Positions 1 to 14,069 of a DNA stretch of 64,000 nucleotides are shown one piece after another. Position 1 is the first letter of the stretch. Every line of letters starts with the position of its first letter. The stretch comes from Eledone cirrhosa (lineage: Eukaryota), in the NCBI GenBank assembly GCA_964016885.1, contig OZ024743.1:289478001-289542000 (forward strand), read 5' to 3'. The notes under the pieces are model-generated. The model was not told the DNA's origin, made no database searches, and saw nothing but the letters and a program-made list of their open reading frames with translations. Made by a program: the position numbers and the translations under genes.

Positions 1-932
1 ACAGTGAGTGCTGGGTGCTTTTTTGCCGTGGCACCTCCATGACCACTTTGCAGTGGTATATATATATATATATATATACTTGTTATCAGTACTAGACTGG
101 CATCTATTTACCAACTCCATAAGGATGAAAGGCAAAGTTGACATCAGCAGGATCTGAACTCAGTGTATAGTGTTGGAACCAATACCACAAAAATTCTAAC
201 ACTGACCGACTGTGTTTCTTTGCTGGAACAATTAGTGCAAGTTGTCTTGTTCAACACCTTAACAATCCTGCTATCCTCTGCCCTAGGATGGCCCTCTATT
301 TTATTGACTAAGATCAAATGAAAGGCAAATCTGACCTCAGAGGGATTTGAAATCAGAGCACAGAGAGCTGGAACAATTACCATACGGCATTTTGTACTAC
401 GCTCTAAAGGCTCTGTCAGCTAGGCTCCAAGATACATTTCAGTATTTGAAATAAATCATTTGCAAACATAGATTTGGCAATTACTGTACATGAACAATTG
501 TGTAATACACCAGAGCGTGATGGTATTTTTAACAGAGCATAGATAACAGTTACATAATTTACCGCAATACAACACAGAGAAACATACAAGAAAAATAGTT
601 TACACTTTCATCCAGCCAACCTCTGGAAACTGTTTGCAGCATGAAAACAAATGAACATTATAACATCCATAATAATGACAATCATCATCAGTATCATCAC
701 CGTTTAATGTCCATTTTTCCACTCTAGCATGGGTTAGATGAGTTGTCCCATTGTGAGACAATTCAGATCAGATGACTGTGTCTTGCTCATACAAAACTTT
801 TGGATGCCCTTCTTATGCCAACCACATTTACAAGAAAAACATCTATATATATAATTTACAATAAAAAATGTTGTTGGCAATGATGATGATGTAGATGATA
901 AAGTTACAAATTTACAATAGTGAAATCCCTAC

Positions 933-1031
933 CTTAATGTTGAGAGCCACAAAAGAGACCAGACTGTAATCCTCTATGATGCCAACCATGGCAGCATTCA
1001 TTTTCTTATATTTTCTGAAGATTTCATCATC
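933..1031 (-). CDS. GPN2: GPN-loop GTPase 2, second coding exon (33 codons)
   Basis: Hand translation gives DDEIFRKYKKMNAAMVGIIEDYSLVSFVALNIK, matching the GPN2 segment (DPFF..Y..LN..L...IEDYSLVSF.PLNI) that follows DVLDL.YLL..L. It is flanked by cttttag (acceptor) and gtaggg (donor), and is phase 0 like the upstream exon. Confidence 0.92.
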
Positions 1032-2825
1032 CTAAAAGCAAGCAAGCAGAAAAATAGAATCACAAACAAGTTTATTTAAATATGAGGAACAAAGCATTTA
1101 TGTCCACTTTCCATGCTGGTATAGGTTGAATGAAATATTATAGTCTGAATCAGAGTTATCCCCAAATACTTTACTGTGTGTGCTGGGTGTATTTTATCAG
1201 CGTACTAGCACTAGAGAGGTTTTCATGTCCCCAACAAGACTCATGAGCCTTCTCAAACCTATGTTGTCTTTGTTCAATTACCAACCATTTTACAGAGTGC
1301 TGATTTGCACACTACATGGCATCCTGTCCAAAGAGTCATTACTGTACATATAGCCAATAGGTAACATTGGTATAATAATGTATTTTTTTTAGATGATCAT
1401 CAAGATCCCAGTCCTCATTCACTTACCGCGTGGGGTGGAATCTGTTAGATCGGACCAAGGAAACAATGTTTCCATTGGCTAATACTATCTACCAGATGCA
1501 ACTCAAGTACCTAACACATTGCCCAGTCTAGAAATCGAACTCACAACCTCTTAATTGTGAATCGAATTCTCTAACCACTAAGCCATGCAACTTCACATAT
1601 CATAATATAACAACAGTAATAATAACAAATCTAATGTAATAGAAAGGTGACAAACTGGCAGAGGCATGAGAGTGTCAGATAGAATGTTTGTGGAATCTTT
1701 TTTAGTTCTCTACACTCCGAGTTCAAATCAAATTGAAGCAATTTTTTCTTTTCATCCTTTTAAGGTCAATAAATAAAATACCAGTCGAGCACTAGGATTA
1801 TTTCTTCTTCTCTCTCTATTTCACTGGAAGAAATCAGCTGTGGTTAAAATTGAAGAAAGATGAGTGCTGTCAGGTTTCAAAAATCTCCATGGCATGCTAA
1901 ATGTCTTAATAGTGCCCCTATCACTTCATTAAAAGCAATGGAATCAGTTATCAGTTGTTGTAGTCAGTTGAGTTGATGATTGTTCAATTTATTTGACCAA
2001 TTGAGTAGCCTACTCATGAAAGTAACAGGCAAGTGGTTGTGTATACCCTTAACACAAATCTCAGGAAAATTCAGTGTTACAGAGTGTGTGACAAAGCTGG
2101 CCTTATGAACACAGACGATCCAATAGGCATCAAAGAATTTCAGATTCCTCAATTTCACTAGTCTTTTGTCGACTAAATGACACATGTCCAAGACGCCAAG
2201 CAGTAAGATAAAACTCAGAACCTTATGATTGCTAAATAACTGTCTTAACCATTTGGCTATGCTGTATACGCAAAGGATAAGATAATTCACTTAATGAAAT
2301 AGTAAGTGCAAAACCTCTGATGTTTGCATTTTCAGAAAAAGAGCACCCAATTTCCTTGATATTGTAAGGAACCTAGGAACTTGTGGTGGCAAAGTGAATA
2401 ACTGAACCATCCAGCCATGCTACATCCATGCAATAATAACAAATACCAAAGAAAGACTGACAAAAAGATGTTCAGCTCAATCCAAAAATGACAGAAACAG
2501 AAGATGAGGTTCACAGATAGGGCATGGCCTTAAAATAGAATCTGTTAAAAATAAACAGAAGTTTTCTGAGAATAGTTTCTGTTTTGTCTTGGATGACAGC
2601 CATTCAATAGTTCACTGGTTCCTAATTGTTTTAGGCATTTGTAATAGAGGTGGCAGTGGTGCTGATGTGATGAAGACAAAGAGATATGAATAGGAGATGT
2701 GGTATTGCTCTTCCAAAAGAAAATCTTATCAAGAGTCAATCTAATAATACTATTCTCCCACAGTATATATATATATATATATGCTAGTGTGGAAAAATGG
2801 ACGTTAAATGTTGATGATGATGATG

Positions 2826-2918
<93 letters not shown>

Positions 2919-3859
2919 ATATATTTACACACACATATATATATATGTATGTATACATATAACTGCATGTGTTGTGGGGTGAGGGTTGATTACATATATA
3001 ATCATCATCATTTAATGTCCACTTTCCCTTCGAGTAAGGGTTGGAAGGGTCTTCACATACTGAGTCTGTACTGAAGTGGGGTCACTGACCTACCAGAGAG
3101 GCTGGGTATTCACATCTTGCTTACATATGGTTCCACATTCTACCAAGTACATTTTATCATGGCACCAGCATGAAAGAAGCTGTGATGTCTTTGACATAAA
3201 TTAAGGGTCCTCCTAATCTTTGTTTGGCAAGCTTTCTACAGCTGGAATCCCTTCTCATTACCAACAACATTACAGTATGTACTCAATGTCTTTATCATGT
3301 AGATCACCAACACTAGAGAGGTTGTTGAGTCATTGAAACAACAGGAGGGTCCTCTCAACCCTTTCAGCCATGATTTCTTCAGTGGAGTAACCTTCCTGTT
3401 GCCAATTATTTTAGGAGGGGTACCAGGTGCATATTTGTGGCTCCATCATTAGAGAGGTTGTTGGTCATAGTCCCAACTGAAGAGCCCTTTCTGTTCAAAG
3501 ATGGAGTACTAGTACAAGGGGATAGGTATGAAGTTATAGGTCTATGTAGTGATTTGACAGGGCAATGAGTAAGGGGAAGGGGTGATTGATAGTGTGTAGA
3601 GAGAGGGGTTAGGGTGGTGTGAAGTGTGTTGATGCTATGTTTGATAGAATGAAGGGGTTAGTGATGGAGAGATAGGTAAGTGGGGGTATCTAAGGACTTT
3701 AGAGGTGGTAGTAGCTAAGGAGTGGTACTGGAGGGGACATAGGTGGTGGGTGCAGCGGTAGCGCGGAGAGCTGCTGGAGAGCACTAGTGGAAAGAGGAGG
3801 CACATGGATGGGTAAGGTCATAATGTATGTTTTGGACTGGGTTTTCATCATTACATCAT

Positions 3860-5720
3860 AGTGCCAGCCATCTCAGTTGCGAGGTTTATCTTAAGCTTGG
3901 TTTTCACTACCTCATTCCAAGCCTTCCTGGGTCTGCTTCTTCCACAGGTTCCAGCTATTGGGAATTATCTGTATATCTTTATGCAGCTGCTTTCTTCCAT
4001 ATGCATCACATATCCATGCCAACTCATTCTTCTCTATTGTCATTCATGCATACTAATATTACACATCCATTGGTGTATTGTGACTTCATTTCTTTCCAGC
4101 CATCGTAGGACTTCTGCACTCAAGGCCTATGTTTCACTACTATATAGCATTGCTGTTTGCAATCATACAGTCTACACTTCACACTGAGAGAGAAACCCTT
4201 TATTGTCAGCACAGGAATCAGCTATCTAAACTTCTTCCAGCCCATTCTGATCCTGACTATCATACTTTCAGTGCATCCTCTCCAACTGCTAATTAGATCA
4301 CCTAGATAACAAAAACTGTCAACAACTTCTAAGGAGCCTCTCTGGCAAATGAAGGAATCTACTTCATGTGTCCTTGTTTACTTTTCCTGCACAAATGTCA
4401 CATACAAAGTCGATCTTTTCTGTTAATATGCTTGCAATCTGAATACGTCTTTAGTGCATTCATAGATTACACTTTGTGAAACATAGAATTCTGACATATT
4501 GAACAAGACCATTTCCCTGATGGCATTATCGCCGTCTTCTTTCCTACTTAAACACTTGTGTCTTTGCTGAATTTACTTTTAGGCCTTTCAATTCAAGCTT
4601 CTTTTTCCATGCTTGAAATTTTATTTTCTACTGATTCAGCTATGATAACCAGGTCATCATCATATAAGAGCTTTCATGGAGTGCTAGTTTTAAACTCCTC
4701 AGAGGACTGAGCCTAGTGAACTCCCAACTGTATTTCAAATTCATCATTGTATTCATTACCAACTCCCATTTTGCTGGTTGCTCCTTTCTACCTAGCCTGC
4801 ACAGTACCCACAAGCCATTTACTTACACCTAGTTTACTGAGTGTTCAGCAGATTATAGAGTGTGGGACCCTGCCAAAGGCCTTTTTCATATATACAGTGG
4901 TTTACTCTTAGCTAAGTTCTTCTCCGGTAGCTGTTTCACCAGAAAGAGGGCATTGGTACTACCTCTGCCTGGCATAAATCCAAACTGTATCTCATTTTGT
5001 CCTGAATTAGTTTGCTATAACCCTTTCAGCAATTTTCAAGATCTCGTCCAGAAACTTGAAACCTCTATAGTTACTTCTCTCTTGTTACTTCTTTGCCGCT
5101 GGAGCAATTTACAATGATACTGCTGTGCCAGTCATTGAGTATGACATAATTTTGCACTACTTGATTAACTGTGCATCTGACTAGCTCATATCTTACCATG
5201 CCAGATGCTCTTAACCTCACTGTGACTATACCAGATGGTCTAGCTGCCTTCCCAACCTTCATGTCCTTAATTGCTTTAGCTATCATATTGCTGTCAAATT
5301 TTATAGATGGTCCCTCAGTTAGGTCTGCATGGAGTAAGCCCTCACTGTCCTATTTATACTCTTCATTCAGCAGCTTCGAATAGTAAATCTTCCATGCTTC
5401 TTTCTTTTTGGCATCAGACAGGGCAAGTGCTCCACTATCAATTCTAATGCACTTTTCCCCAACCACATAAACATTTTCTCTAGCACACTATTATGCAATC
5501 AAGAACACCTCATGCCTCTGCTCTTGCTAAGTATACCTGGTGCCTGGCTTCACTTTTTCTCTAAGTTAAATGTCTCCATATATTCTTCCTTACTGTCATA
5601 GGTGTCCAGTAAGATTCCTCTGAATTTCTTACCTATTGCCGGTTCATCTAGCTTCCAGGCCTTCCTTCACCAAACTAGCTTTTCTCTCTTACTCCATCTA
5701 TCCCTTCTACTCAGGTCAAT
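3860..5720 (-). mobile_element. Old, degraded RTE LINE (RT region)
   Basis: Broken frames resembling the younger RTE copies (IAKAIKDMKVGKAA.PSGIV; ELLY.DDL; GWKKF), with many stops and indels. Confidence 0.8.
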
Positions 5721-5760
5721 GGGAATTAATATATGTTGGGAGGTACATACTTCCCCAGGA

Positions 5761-5798
<38 letters not shown>

Positions 5799-5802
<4 letters not shown>

Positions 5803-8294
5803 TCATCATCATCATCATCATCATCATTGTTTAATGTCTATCTTCCACACTAGCATGGGTTTAGACGGGAATTGTCCCATGTGAGGCAAGATTGGTTGTC
5901 TTGCTCGTATAGGACTGTCTGGCGGGCTTTCTACGGCTGGCTGCTCTTCCTAACACCAACCACGTTTACAGTATGGACTGGGAGGTTTTCACCATGTTAC
6001 CTACACGCCCACACTACAGCGTCGACTGTGTTTTTTTTGTTGTGACACCTACACAACCTCATTTATTTAGGACTGGATGTTGTGGCACCAACATAACTTT
6101 ACAGAGAAAGGGTTGGTGTAGATGGGGGTGGGGGTAGGGGTAGGTGGATGGGGGTGTATTTTTGGTTAGGAGGTGCCTACTGACTGTAGGTTTCGCTTTG
6201 TACTTAGGCAAGGCGAGTCTTCTGTATTACTGCGTAACGCCAAAGATCTCGGTCCAGTGACATTGTCTTGGAGAGGTGTAAGTGTGTAAGGTCGGAATTT
6301 ACCAAATCGTCCCAGGTTTTTCTCAGTAGCTTCTATCTATTTTGATCGCCCTGCACTTTTTTATACAGCTGTCGTCTTTCATGCGCATCACGTGACCGTA
6401 CCAACGTAGTCTTCTCTCGAGTAAACAGCATCTGATCCCTCTTATTCCTAATTTCTCACGTAGTTCAATTATGCTTTGCCGTTCATGTATATTACTATTA
6501 CACATCCCACGGAGCATGCAAGCTTCGTTCCTCTCCAGTCTGCGCCGATCCTCTGCACACAATGCCCATGTCTCACTGCCATGTAACATTGTTGTTCGTA
6601 TGCAGGCATTATACAGTCTACCTTTCATTTTTAGAGAGAAACCTTTAGCGACCAATAGTGGTATAAGCTCTCTGAACTTTTTCCATCCCGTTCTGACTCT
6701 AGTTACTGTACATTCAGAGCACCCTCCACCACTGTTGATTTTGTCACCCAGGTAACGGAAGGTGTCCACTATTTCTATAGAACCATCAGGGCAATGGAAG
6801 GAGCTAGTATCCTGTGGGCACTTGCTACTACTTATTGCACCTGAGCATCGGCAACATATAAAATCTATGCTCTTAGTTAGCTTACCTGTGATCCCACTAC
6901 ATCTTTTATGCACCCATACTTTGCATTTGGGACATAAAATGGAGTTTCTGCCTACTCCTTTCCTACACACTGAGCATGGCCATTTGCCAGAGGGGACCAG
7001 TGCCCTATTATCCTTGCTACATATTAGAACTTTAGTCTTAGACAAGTTAATTTTAAGGCCTTTTGAATCTAGGCCATGCTTCCAAGTTTGGAATTTCTTC
7101 TCTAGTTCAGCCATTGATTCAGCTATGAACGTTAGATCATCTGCGTATAGGAGTTCCCATGGGCAGCCGGTCTTGAACTCCTCTGTTATAGCCTGAAGGG
7201 CAATAATAAATAGGAGTGGGCTAAGGAGAGAGCTCTGATGAACACCAACTTTTACGCTAAATTCTTCACTATATTCGTTGTTAATTTTAACCTTGCTGAC
7301 TGTTTCTTTATACATGGCTTGTATAGCTCTCACGAGCCATTCATCAACACCTAGTTTTCTAAGAGCCCACCAGATAATTCAGTGGGGAATCTGTCAAAGG
7401 CTTTCTCCAAGTCAACAAAAGCTAAGTATTGGGGTTTACTGTTAGCTAGGTACGTCTCCTGTAGTTGTCGTACAAGGAAAAGAGCGTCTGTGGTACTTTT
7501 ACCTGACACAAACCCGAACTGCATTTCGTCTAGATCAATTCGCTCTCTGATTAGTTGCGCTATAACTTTTTCTGTGACCTTCATGACCTGGTCAATTAAT
7601 TTAATGCCTCTATAGTTTCCTCTATCTAGGGCATCTCCTTTACCCTGCTGGTATGACCCCATTCTGTATGACTTGGTTTACTATCCGGGAGACCATAGTG
7701 TGTCCCACCGATCCAGATGCTTTCAGCATTTCAGCAACTATTTCCGAAGGCCCAGCTGCTTTGCCTGTCTTCATATCTTTGATTGCCTTACTTATTATAC
7801 TACCTTCAACTTGCACTGCTGGTCCCTCTATTGGATCGATTTGGGGCAGACTATCTTTTTCCCACTTATTCTTCTCATTTAGTAGCCTCTCGTAGTGACA
7901 CTTCCAAGCTACCTTCTTATCAGTATCAGTGATGGCAAGTATACCATCATCATTATGGACACACTTCTCCCCGACAATATCACAGTTTTTCATGACACAT
8001 TGTCACGTTTTTGGTCCTCGCGTTGTAGAACATGCTTGAATTTTCTTTCTTCTGCTTCCCTTCTTGCAAGGTACACTTGTCTCCTAGCTTCCCTCCTGGC
8101 CACTTGATAGTGTTCTCTACTTCCCCCATCCTGCCATACTTTCCAAGCTTGCTTTTTGGCCTTGATTGACTCCTCCACCTTACTGTTCCACCACTATGTT
8201 ACTCTCCTCCTGCCTATAGGTCTGCTCAAGCCACAGATTTCATCTGTCGCCTTCAGCAGGTTAACTTTCAGGAATTCCCACTGTTCCTCTATGC
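5799..8294 (-). mobile_element. 5'-truncated RTE LINE, subfamily 1 (copy A)
   Basis: RT motifs (AFVDLEKAFD, LLYADDL), a Cys/His finger, RRLRWYGHVMR, and a 3' UTR ending in (GAT)n next to (TA)n. It has frameshifts and a short internal deletion near 7645. Confidence 0.95.
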
Positions 8295-8320
8295 TATATA
8301 TATATATATATATATATATA

Positions 8321-8763
8321 TAGGCACATGGCTTAGTGGTTAGAGCATTGGGCTTGCAATCGAAAGGTTGTGAGTTAAATTCTCGGACTGGGTGATGTGT
8401 TGTTTCCTTGAACAAGACACTTTATTTCACATTGCTCCAGGTTACTCAGCTATAGAAATGAGATCATAGGACTGGGGTCCCTATCATTCCACTTCAAAGT
8501 GGTCGTGGAGGTGCCACGGCAAAAAAGGCACCCAGCCCACACTGTAAAGTGGACGTGTAGGCGCCACGGAAAAAAAGCACCCAGCACTCACTGTAAATGA
8601 GGTAGGTGTTAGGAAGGGCCTCCAGCTGTAGAAATCAAGCCAGAGTCAGTTCCCGTATGAGCAAGACAAGGTCAGCCGACCGGATACTGCCCACAACAGG
8701 ACAACCCGTCTAACCCATGCTAGCGTGGAAGAACAGACGTCAAACGGTGATAATGATGATGAT
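8321..8763 (+). mobile_element. tRNA-derived SINE family A with RTE-derived tail (full length)
   Basis: A box TGGCTTAGTGG, B-box-like GAGTTAAATTC, CORE-like TTCCTTGAACAAGACACTT, a tail nearly identical to the 3' UTR of the RTE at 8773-9040, and a (GAT)n end. Confidence 0.88.
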
Positions 8764-8772
8764 ATATATATA

Positions 8773-9658
8773 TCATCATCATCATCATCATCACCGTTTT
8801 ACGTCCGTTCTTCCACGCTAGCATGGGTTAGACGGGTTATCCTGTTGTGGGCAGTGTCTGGTCGGCTGACCATGCCTTGCTCATACAGGAACTGATCTGG
8901 CTTGATTTCTACAGCTGGATGCCCTTCCTAACACCAACCTCATTTACAGTGAGTGCTGGGTGCTTTTTCGTGGCGCCTACACGTCCACTTTACAGTGTGG
9001 GCTGGGTGCTTTTTTGCCGTGGCACCTCCACGACCACCTTGCGGTGGGGGGGGGGGACATATTGTTTATATGCTTCAGCATGTACCCATGGGAGGTCGGG
9101 TACCCTGTATTACTGCGTGACGCCAGAAGTCACGGTCGTGTGTCATTGACTTTGAGAGGTGTAGTTGGGTAAGGTCGGCTTTTATCACCTCATCCCAAGT
9201 CATCTTGGGTCTCCCCACTCCGCGGTTTCCATCAACTTCTAGTGCTCTGCACCTTTTTATGCAGCTGTCATCCTTCATACGCATCACATGTCCATACCAG
9301 CGTAACCGCCTCTCCTGCACGCAGCATTTGATTCCTCTTATGCTCAGTCTCTCTCTCAATTCCTTTATCCTTTGTCGTTCACGTATATTACTGTTACACA
9401 TCCATCGGAGCATGCAGGCTTCGTTTCTCTCTAATCTACGTAAGTCTTCCACCTTCAGCGCCCAGGTCTCACTACCATGCAACATCGCTGTTCGGATACA
9501 CGCATCATACAGTCTGCCTTTCATTCTGAGGGAGAAGCCTTTTGCAGCTAGCAGTGGTAGTAGTTCCCTAAACTTCTTCCATCCCGTTCTTACCCTAGTT
9601 ATTGTACTTTCTGAGCACCCACCTCCGTTGCTAATTCGGTCACCTAGGTAGCAGAAGC

Positions 9659-9660
<2 letters not shown>
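8773..9660 (-). mobile_element. 5'-truncated RTE LINE, subfamily 2
   Basis: ORF2 C-terminus (FCYLGD...RTGWKKFREL...RRLRWYGHVMR), a 3' UTR and a (GAT)n tail. The 5' end abuts (TA)n. Confidence 0.93.
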
Positions 9661-9720
<60 letters not shown>

Positions 9721-9724
9721 ATGC

Positions 9725-9905
9725 AAAAGGCAAACAGAAATAACAAAGCAAACAACACAGTACAAAGAAGAAATATATTAGTTTTACGGTTGATATAGTA
9801 GGAAAAGTGTCATAACGTTTCGGATGCTAGTCCTTCATCAGAAAATAGAATGAGAAATTAAAGAAGAAATAGAAAGATTGAGGAAATGGGCAGTTGCAGA
9901 AACGA
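9725..9905 (-). mobile_element. Short dispersed repeat with a minimal hammerhead-like core (probably Penelope-like pLTR)
   Basis: Minus strand reads CTGATGA-A-GGA-ctagca-TCC-GAAA-CGTTA (9841-9813). Homologous to 61760-61898; fragments at about 12850-12960 and 26265-26335. Confidence 0.65.
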
Positions 9906-10109
9906 AAAAAAAAAAATGATATATAGATATATATTGGCAGCGTTGTACCTTACTCAAAACGGGTCTGTAATTTGGCTGCGATTTTTACAGCTGGATGCCC
10001 TTACCTAACACCAACCAAGTTTACAGTGTGGAACTGGGTGGAATGAGATAAGCCTGGCAAGATGGCTGTGCCATACCTTGGACAAATAGGGACTGTGAGT
10101 TGGCTGGTT

Positions 10110-11035
10110 TTTTATGTATATGTGTGTGTGTGTATGTGTATGTTAGCATGCAAAATGGACGTTAAACGATGATGATGATATACGAATATATATATGCTTA
10201 TATATATATATATACGTATATTTTTATATGTATATATACGTATATATATATGTATATGTATATACATGTATATATATGTGTATGTGTGTAAATATATATA
10301 TATATATATATATAACAATGTATCCACCCCACAGCAGAATCCTAACATTTATTATGCTTCCCACCACCATCAGCTTACTCACAGTGCCAGTCAGTCTGTG
10401 GAACTGTCTTTTCTAAAAAGAAATAAGATGCCTTACTCCAACATCAGACAAATCACAACAATGATTTTAACAGCCCCCATAGTTCTGGTTTAACAATGAC
10501 TTAAAAAACATCAAATCCCTCCCTCCCTTACCTACACACATTCCACATATATATTCACCTAGCACTCCACAGTCAACCTCATACATACACTTCATTATAT
10601 ATTTTTTTTCTTCAGACATACACATGGTTACTTCAGCAAAATGAATTATATGCAATGAAATGAAATGAATATACATATTACACACACACACACATATATA
10701 CATACACACATAAATACATATGTGTGTGTGTATATCTATATGTCTATGTATATATATATAAGAATGTATATGTGTATATATATACATAGGTGTATGTATA
10801 CATATGTATATATATATATATGTGTATCTATATATATATATATATATATATACATAGGTGTATGTATACACACATATATATATGTGTTATATATACACAC
10901 ACATACATATACACACACATATTTATGCACACATAGATATATACACACATACCTGCTTACACAATTACGTATATATGTACGCACACACACATACAAATAC
11001 TCACAAACATACATTTTGTATATGTATGCACATAA
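10110..11035. repeat. Compound (TA)n/(CA)n/(TG)n microsatellite region
   Basis: Directly visible dinucleotide repeats. They generate spurious YIYI/HTHT ORFs. Confidence 0.9.
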
Positions 11036-11586
11036 AAAAACAAATAATAATTTCAAAAATAACAGATTCTTTCAGGGATAGATATACACATTAGAAAGAA
11101 ATATCTGTTTTTACAAGTCGAAAAGGATTAATAAAAACAAAGAAAAACCTTATCAAAAACACAAAAAAGACATTTAATAGGAAATATGGTAGACCAGCTT
11201 TGTAATAAATTGTAATCACATTTTTTATTATTTTTGTTAAACATTTCCACACAGTTGAGATTAGTCTTTTTCTTTGTTTGTTGGTTAGTGTGTTACAGTT
11301 TCATTTTGTTTTTAACTAGTTTTTGTTGATGTTCTTCGCTCTTCTATGAAATCAGTCAAGAATATGGCAGGTAGCGTTCCATCATAAATATTAGCTTAGC
11401 TTATTCTGAAGAGGTGTGCATGCATGGGTATGCCTGTCTGCTTGCCTGTGTCTTTTTCCCTTTGTGCGTTTGTTTGTGTGAGTACATACATATATATTTG
11501 AAACACCTATTCTAATAAACACACACACATGCATATATATAGCCGTCGAAACGGCTTGAGCTCAGCTGTCGGGGTCTTACTGGTTC

Positions 11587-11621
<35 letters not shown>

Positions 11622-12176
11622 TATGCATGCACACGTGTGTGTATTAGAATAATAGAATAGGTGTTTAAAATGCTATAGTACATAGAACATTGAAACATTA
11701 ACTGAATGAGTAATCCATACATGTAGCTATAGTTTTAAAAACAAATTTTTAAGGGGGTCACAGCCTGCTGTACAGTATCTCACAGCCTTTAAATTTCTAA
11801 TTAAATTTAAACCAGTGAAAGACATGCCAGGACAGCAAACAATGAAGGAATCAAAACAGAGGAAAAGATGGGCTGAACAATTCCATGAAAAGCTCAGCAA
11901 GCCCCACTCTCATCCACAAATAAACCATATATACCACCAGTGCCTACCAAGCTATAACTAAGTGTTGAGCTGTCTACAAAGGAAGTATGCATGTGCTCTA
12001 AACTCCTGGTGGAGTTTGAGGGACACCAATGAGATGTATATCATGTCTTGGGCATTTTCAACCTTGTGGAAACCAGGTCAGAATACAACCAATTTTTTCT
12101 TCTTCTGAGAGAGAGAGAATCAGTTGATCAAACAACTTAATATAGATACACACACATATATATATAAATATGCACG

Positions 12177-12208
<32 letters not shown>

Positions 12209-12781
12209 AATATGGACGTACACACACATACACATACATTTATATATGCTCATATCTAGTGAGCTTGATAATCCACAAGGGAAGCAGAACTCACACAGAC
12301 ACATACACACATATATAACTAAACTATAATAAAGTAAGAAGTGCGGGGCTGCACTCAGAATATATTTTTTTATCCCGTTTGTAAAATAAGTTGCATTACT
12401 TTGAATAAATAATGAATGAATAATGAATGAATATTACATAAATTTTGTTATTCTTGATTAAATATAAATAATTTTGTTGGTTATTTTAAGATTAACTTCT
12501 TTAAAATTTTCAAATGTCAACACTTCCGGTTAGCGATCGCTTAAGTAAACATTCATATATATAATATTGTTTTTTAATGTATCATGGATTACGTTACTGA
12601 TTACATAAGACAGTGTAATGCAGTGTTCGTTCAATTTCTGTGTATATTGTCAATTACGATTTCATTTGATGTATCATATTTACATACTTGCGTATAATAT
12701 CAATATACACACTACACATGCACTACTAGCAGAAAGGGTGGAGTTTCTGCTAGTATTTATAATCAAGTAAATATATATGTG

Positions 12782-12819
<38 letters not shown>

Positions 12820-13117
12820 AAAAGTCAATGAGTAAAAAACAATTTAGAAAAACAATGCAGTACAACAATATACATTAATTTAATGCTTGATGTAGTAGGA
12901 AAAGACTGTTAACATTTCAGACGTAAATCCTTCATCTTAAGATAGAATGAGCAATAGAAGAAATAGAAGGAAAGAAGTAAAAAGAGGAAGAGACTGAAAA
13001 AGAAAATTATAATAGGAAAGCACGTGCGCTTAGTCAGATATTCTATAAGACAAAGATCAACATCTGCTTCAAACATATTAAACACTGTTGCCGAGATACT
13101 TTCCAAACATCACACAA

Positions 13118-13398
13118 TTAAGAGAGAAGACTGAGATGGTATGGACATGTGATGCGCATGGAGAATAACCGCCGGGTAAAGAAGTGCCAAGAAATCCCAG
13201 CAGAAGGAAGACGCAGTAGAGGAAGATCACGAAAAACATGGGCAGAGGTGGTGAGAGCAGACCTCAGATTGCTGAAGCTCACAGAGGAGATGACGAAGGA
13301 CTGTGACAAGTGGAGAGATGCTGTGCTGAATAGGACCCGTCCCACCCTTGCAAGCAGGGAAAAGCGGACGTAAAATGATGATGATGATGATGATGATG
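13118..13398 (+). mobile_element. RTE LINE 3' fragment, subfamily 3
   Basis: RERRLRWYGHVMRMENNRRVKKC...GRSRKTW, followed by the short tail CCCGTCCCACCCTTGCAAGCAGGGAAAAGCGGACGTAAAAT(GAT)n. Confidence 0.9.
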
Positions 13399-14069
13399 AA
13401 CTGGAATAAGTTATGTGGGATATATGGATGAGAAATGTTCTAAATATCGAACATTTAGAATGTTGGAGGAAAGAAGGTTTAGGAGCTTCCAAAGAATTCC
13501 TGTTTAATTACTCTTGGGACAATAGAAAGAGGTGAGTATCATCCATTCCACATTCACCTCATCATCACTGTTTAATGTCCATATTTCCATGCGAGCATGA
13601 ATTAGATGAATTGTCCACTTGCAAGATAAATCAGATCAGAGGACCGTCTCTTGCTCATACAGAACTGTTTCTGTCTTGGTTTCTATAGCTGTATGCTCTT
13701 CCTAATGGCAACCACATTTACAGTGTGGACTGGTGCTTTTTATCCTTATCAAAGTGATCACTTTACAGTGTGGACAGGGTGCTTTTTGTTGTGGCACCAA
13801 AACAAATATTTTACAGTGTGCGCTTGGTGCTTTTTGTTGTGGCAGCAAAACAGCCACCTTACTGTGTGGACTGGGCACTTTTATCTTATCACCAAAACGA
13901 CCCCTTTACAGTTGGGATGGGTACTTTTGTTCCATTGCCATCACAACTACTTTAACTCTTGAGATTAAACAAGTATTAACTTAAGCTGAGGATAAGGGTG
14001 CCAAATTTACATCCAACAACTGATACTTTAGATTTGCAATATTAATCCTTGTCAGACAATGTCTTATTG

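Noticed and set aside
2699-3074. YIYI/HTHT/CVCV-rich ORFs here and at about 10-12, 27, 29-30 and 61-63 kb
   Set aside because: These are translations of dinucleotide microsatellites.
6471-7895. Long ORFs antisense to RTE and CR1 coding regions (also 9205, 16314-17447, 24916)
   Set aside because: They are shadow frames of retroelement ORF2.
8321-8395. tRNA-like sequence with A and B boxes (also 24170, 47228)
   Set aside because: It continues into a SINE body and tail, so it is a SINE head rather than a tRNA gene.
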